A DNA stretch of 63,388 nt, the filler included, from Octopus bimaculoides (Eukaryota), in the NCBI RefSeq assembly GCF_001194135.2. It is 4 parts of 4 records of this genome, joined end to end, with 100 filler letters (N's around TTAATTAATTAA, not from the genome) between each part and the next. Parts side by side here need not be neighbours in the genome. Positions count along the whole stretch, not along the records: positions 59,829 to 63,388 come from NC_069002.1; 3 more parts are not named here. One strand, written 5' to 3'. The translations under genes were made by a program, and so were the position numbers. Below, one piece after another: positions 62,286-63,388 of this stretch (positions are counted from its first letter, which is position 1; each line of letters opens with the position of its first letter). Below the pieces are notes generated by a model. The model saw nothing but the letters and a program-made list of their open reading frames with translations, had not been told where the DNA came from and made no database searches.

Positions 62286-62454
62286 CATTTGACCGACAAA
62301 TTCCGCCGAGATCAATTTTGACATTCATTCTTTCGACAAGGGAATGTAACAACAATGTGGATTTATATATTCCTTAAAAATAATGTGACGGTCATGGGCG
62401 GACTGCTAGATCATGGCTGTGAGGTAGCTAGAAACAGCAACAACAAGAAAGGTA

Positions 62455-62900
62455 ATATTGGTGTCAAATTTTGGCACCAGGCCAGCAATTTTGGAGGAAG
62501 AGTTAGGTCGATTACATCGACCCCGGATTTGTATTTATTTTATTGACTCAGAATAGACAAAACGTAAAGTCAACTACGGTGGAATTTGAACCCAGAACAT
62601 AAAGACGGGTGAAATGCCGGCATGCATTCGGCCCGGCGTGCTAACGATTCTGCCAGCTCGCCGCCTTAACGAAAACAGTAATATTCTTTTCTATTATAGG
62701 CACAAGATCTTGAAATTTTGGGGGATGGAACTAGTCGATTACATCGATCCCAGAATTTAACTGGTACTTAATTTATCGACGCCGAAAGAATGAAAGGCAA
62801 CATCGACCTCGGCGGAATTTGAACTCGGAACGTAGCGACGAGCTAAATGCCGCTAAGCATTCGGCCCAGCGTGCTAACAATTCTGCCAGTTTGACGCCTT
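62455..62900 (-). mobile_element. Two tandem SINE family A copies
   Basis: Both end (plus strand) in CTGCCAG(C/T)T.G.CGCCTTAAC, the reverse complement of the family head. Confidence 0.85.
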
Positions 62901-63296
62901 AACAACAAGAGAAATATTGATAAAGGAAAAAAAAAAAAAAAGTCAACTCCAAAAACTTAATAGATGAAAGAAAAACAGCCAAAAAAACCCCCATCAAAAC
63001 AAAGAAAACGAAAACTAAAAATGGAAAACATGATTGCAACTGCAGTACCAGCGGCATGAACAACAACAACAACAATGACGACGACGACGACGACGACGAC
63101 AGCAACAATAACACGAACAACAGCAGCAACATCCGGGTGTACTGAGTACCTGGAGTACTGGGTGAACCAACAGTGTGACGTCAAACGGAGAATTGTAATT
63201 CTGACAGTGAAACAAACAGAAGACGTTCACCTAAACAAAAACAAACAAAAAAAAAAAAATTATCTAACACAGATTTGAAAAAAAGTGTATGATGTT

Positions 63297-63388
63297 ATGT
63301 GTATGTACGTACGTACGTATGTATGTATGTATGTATGTATGTATGTATGTATGTATGTATGTATGTATGTATGTATGTATGTATGTAT
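63297..63388. repeat. (ATGT)n microsatellite
   Basis: Direct inspection. Confidence 0.95.

Noticed and set aside
63040-63260. CpG-containing segment with a T-rich ORF and an AG/GT-bounded 51-bp minus-strand piece
   Set aside because: Mostly (AAC)/(GAC) repeats; the peptide does not match the expected upstream DAAM exon; insufficient support.

Overview
Repeat-rich, AT-rich animal genomic DNA, not prokaryotic. Its tRNA-derived SINEs, RTE tails ending in (GAT)n and dense microsatellites suggest an octopus genome (inference). Three artificial N44-TTAATTAATTAA-N44 linkers split the window into four joined scaffold pieces. Host-gene sequence is sparse: an intronless, 5'-truncated ANAPC7 copy with one in-frame amber stop (1-903, minus); one CARNMT1 exon (32664-32767, plus); three consecutive DAAM formin exons (56195-57886, minus); and two or three unassigned candidate exons. 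Mobile DNA includes a young non-coding TRIM-like LTR element with a tRNA-Trp PBS and 4-bp TSD, an RT/RNaseH-deleted Ty3/Gypsy element holding a Helitron and an RTE insertion, a near full-length Tigger/pogo, two Penelope-like ORF relics, an R4/Dong-type endonuclease fragment, several MITEs and many SINE/RTE copies. The most notable observation is six minimal type-I hammerhead ribozyme motifs at four loci. Three of those loci are 210-410 bp inverted-repeat units of unrelated sequence but shared architecture, which suggests several families of non-autonomous Penelope-derived ribozyme-hairpin elements.
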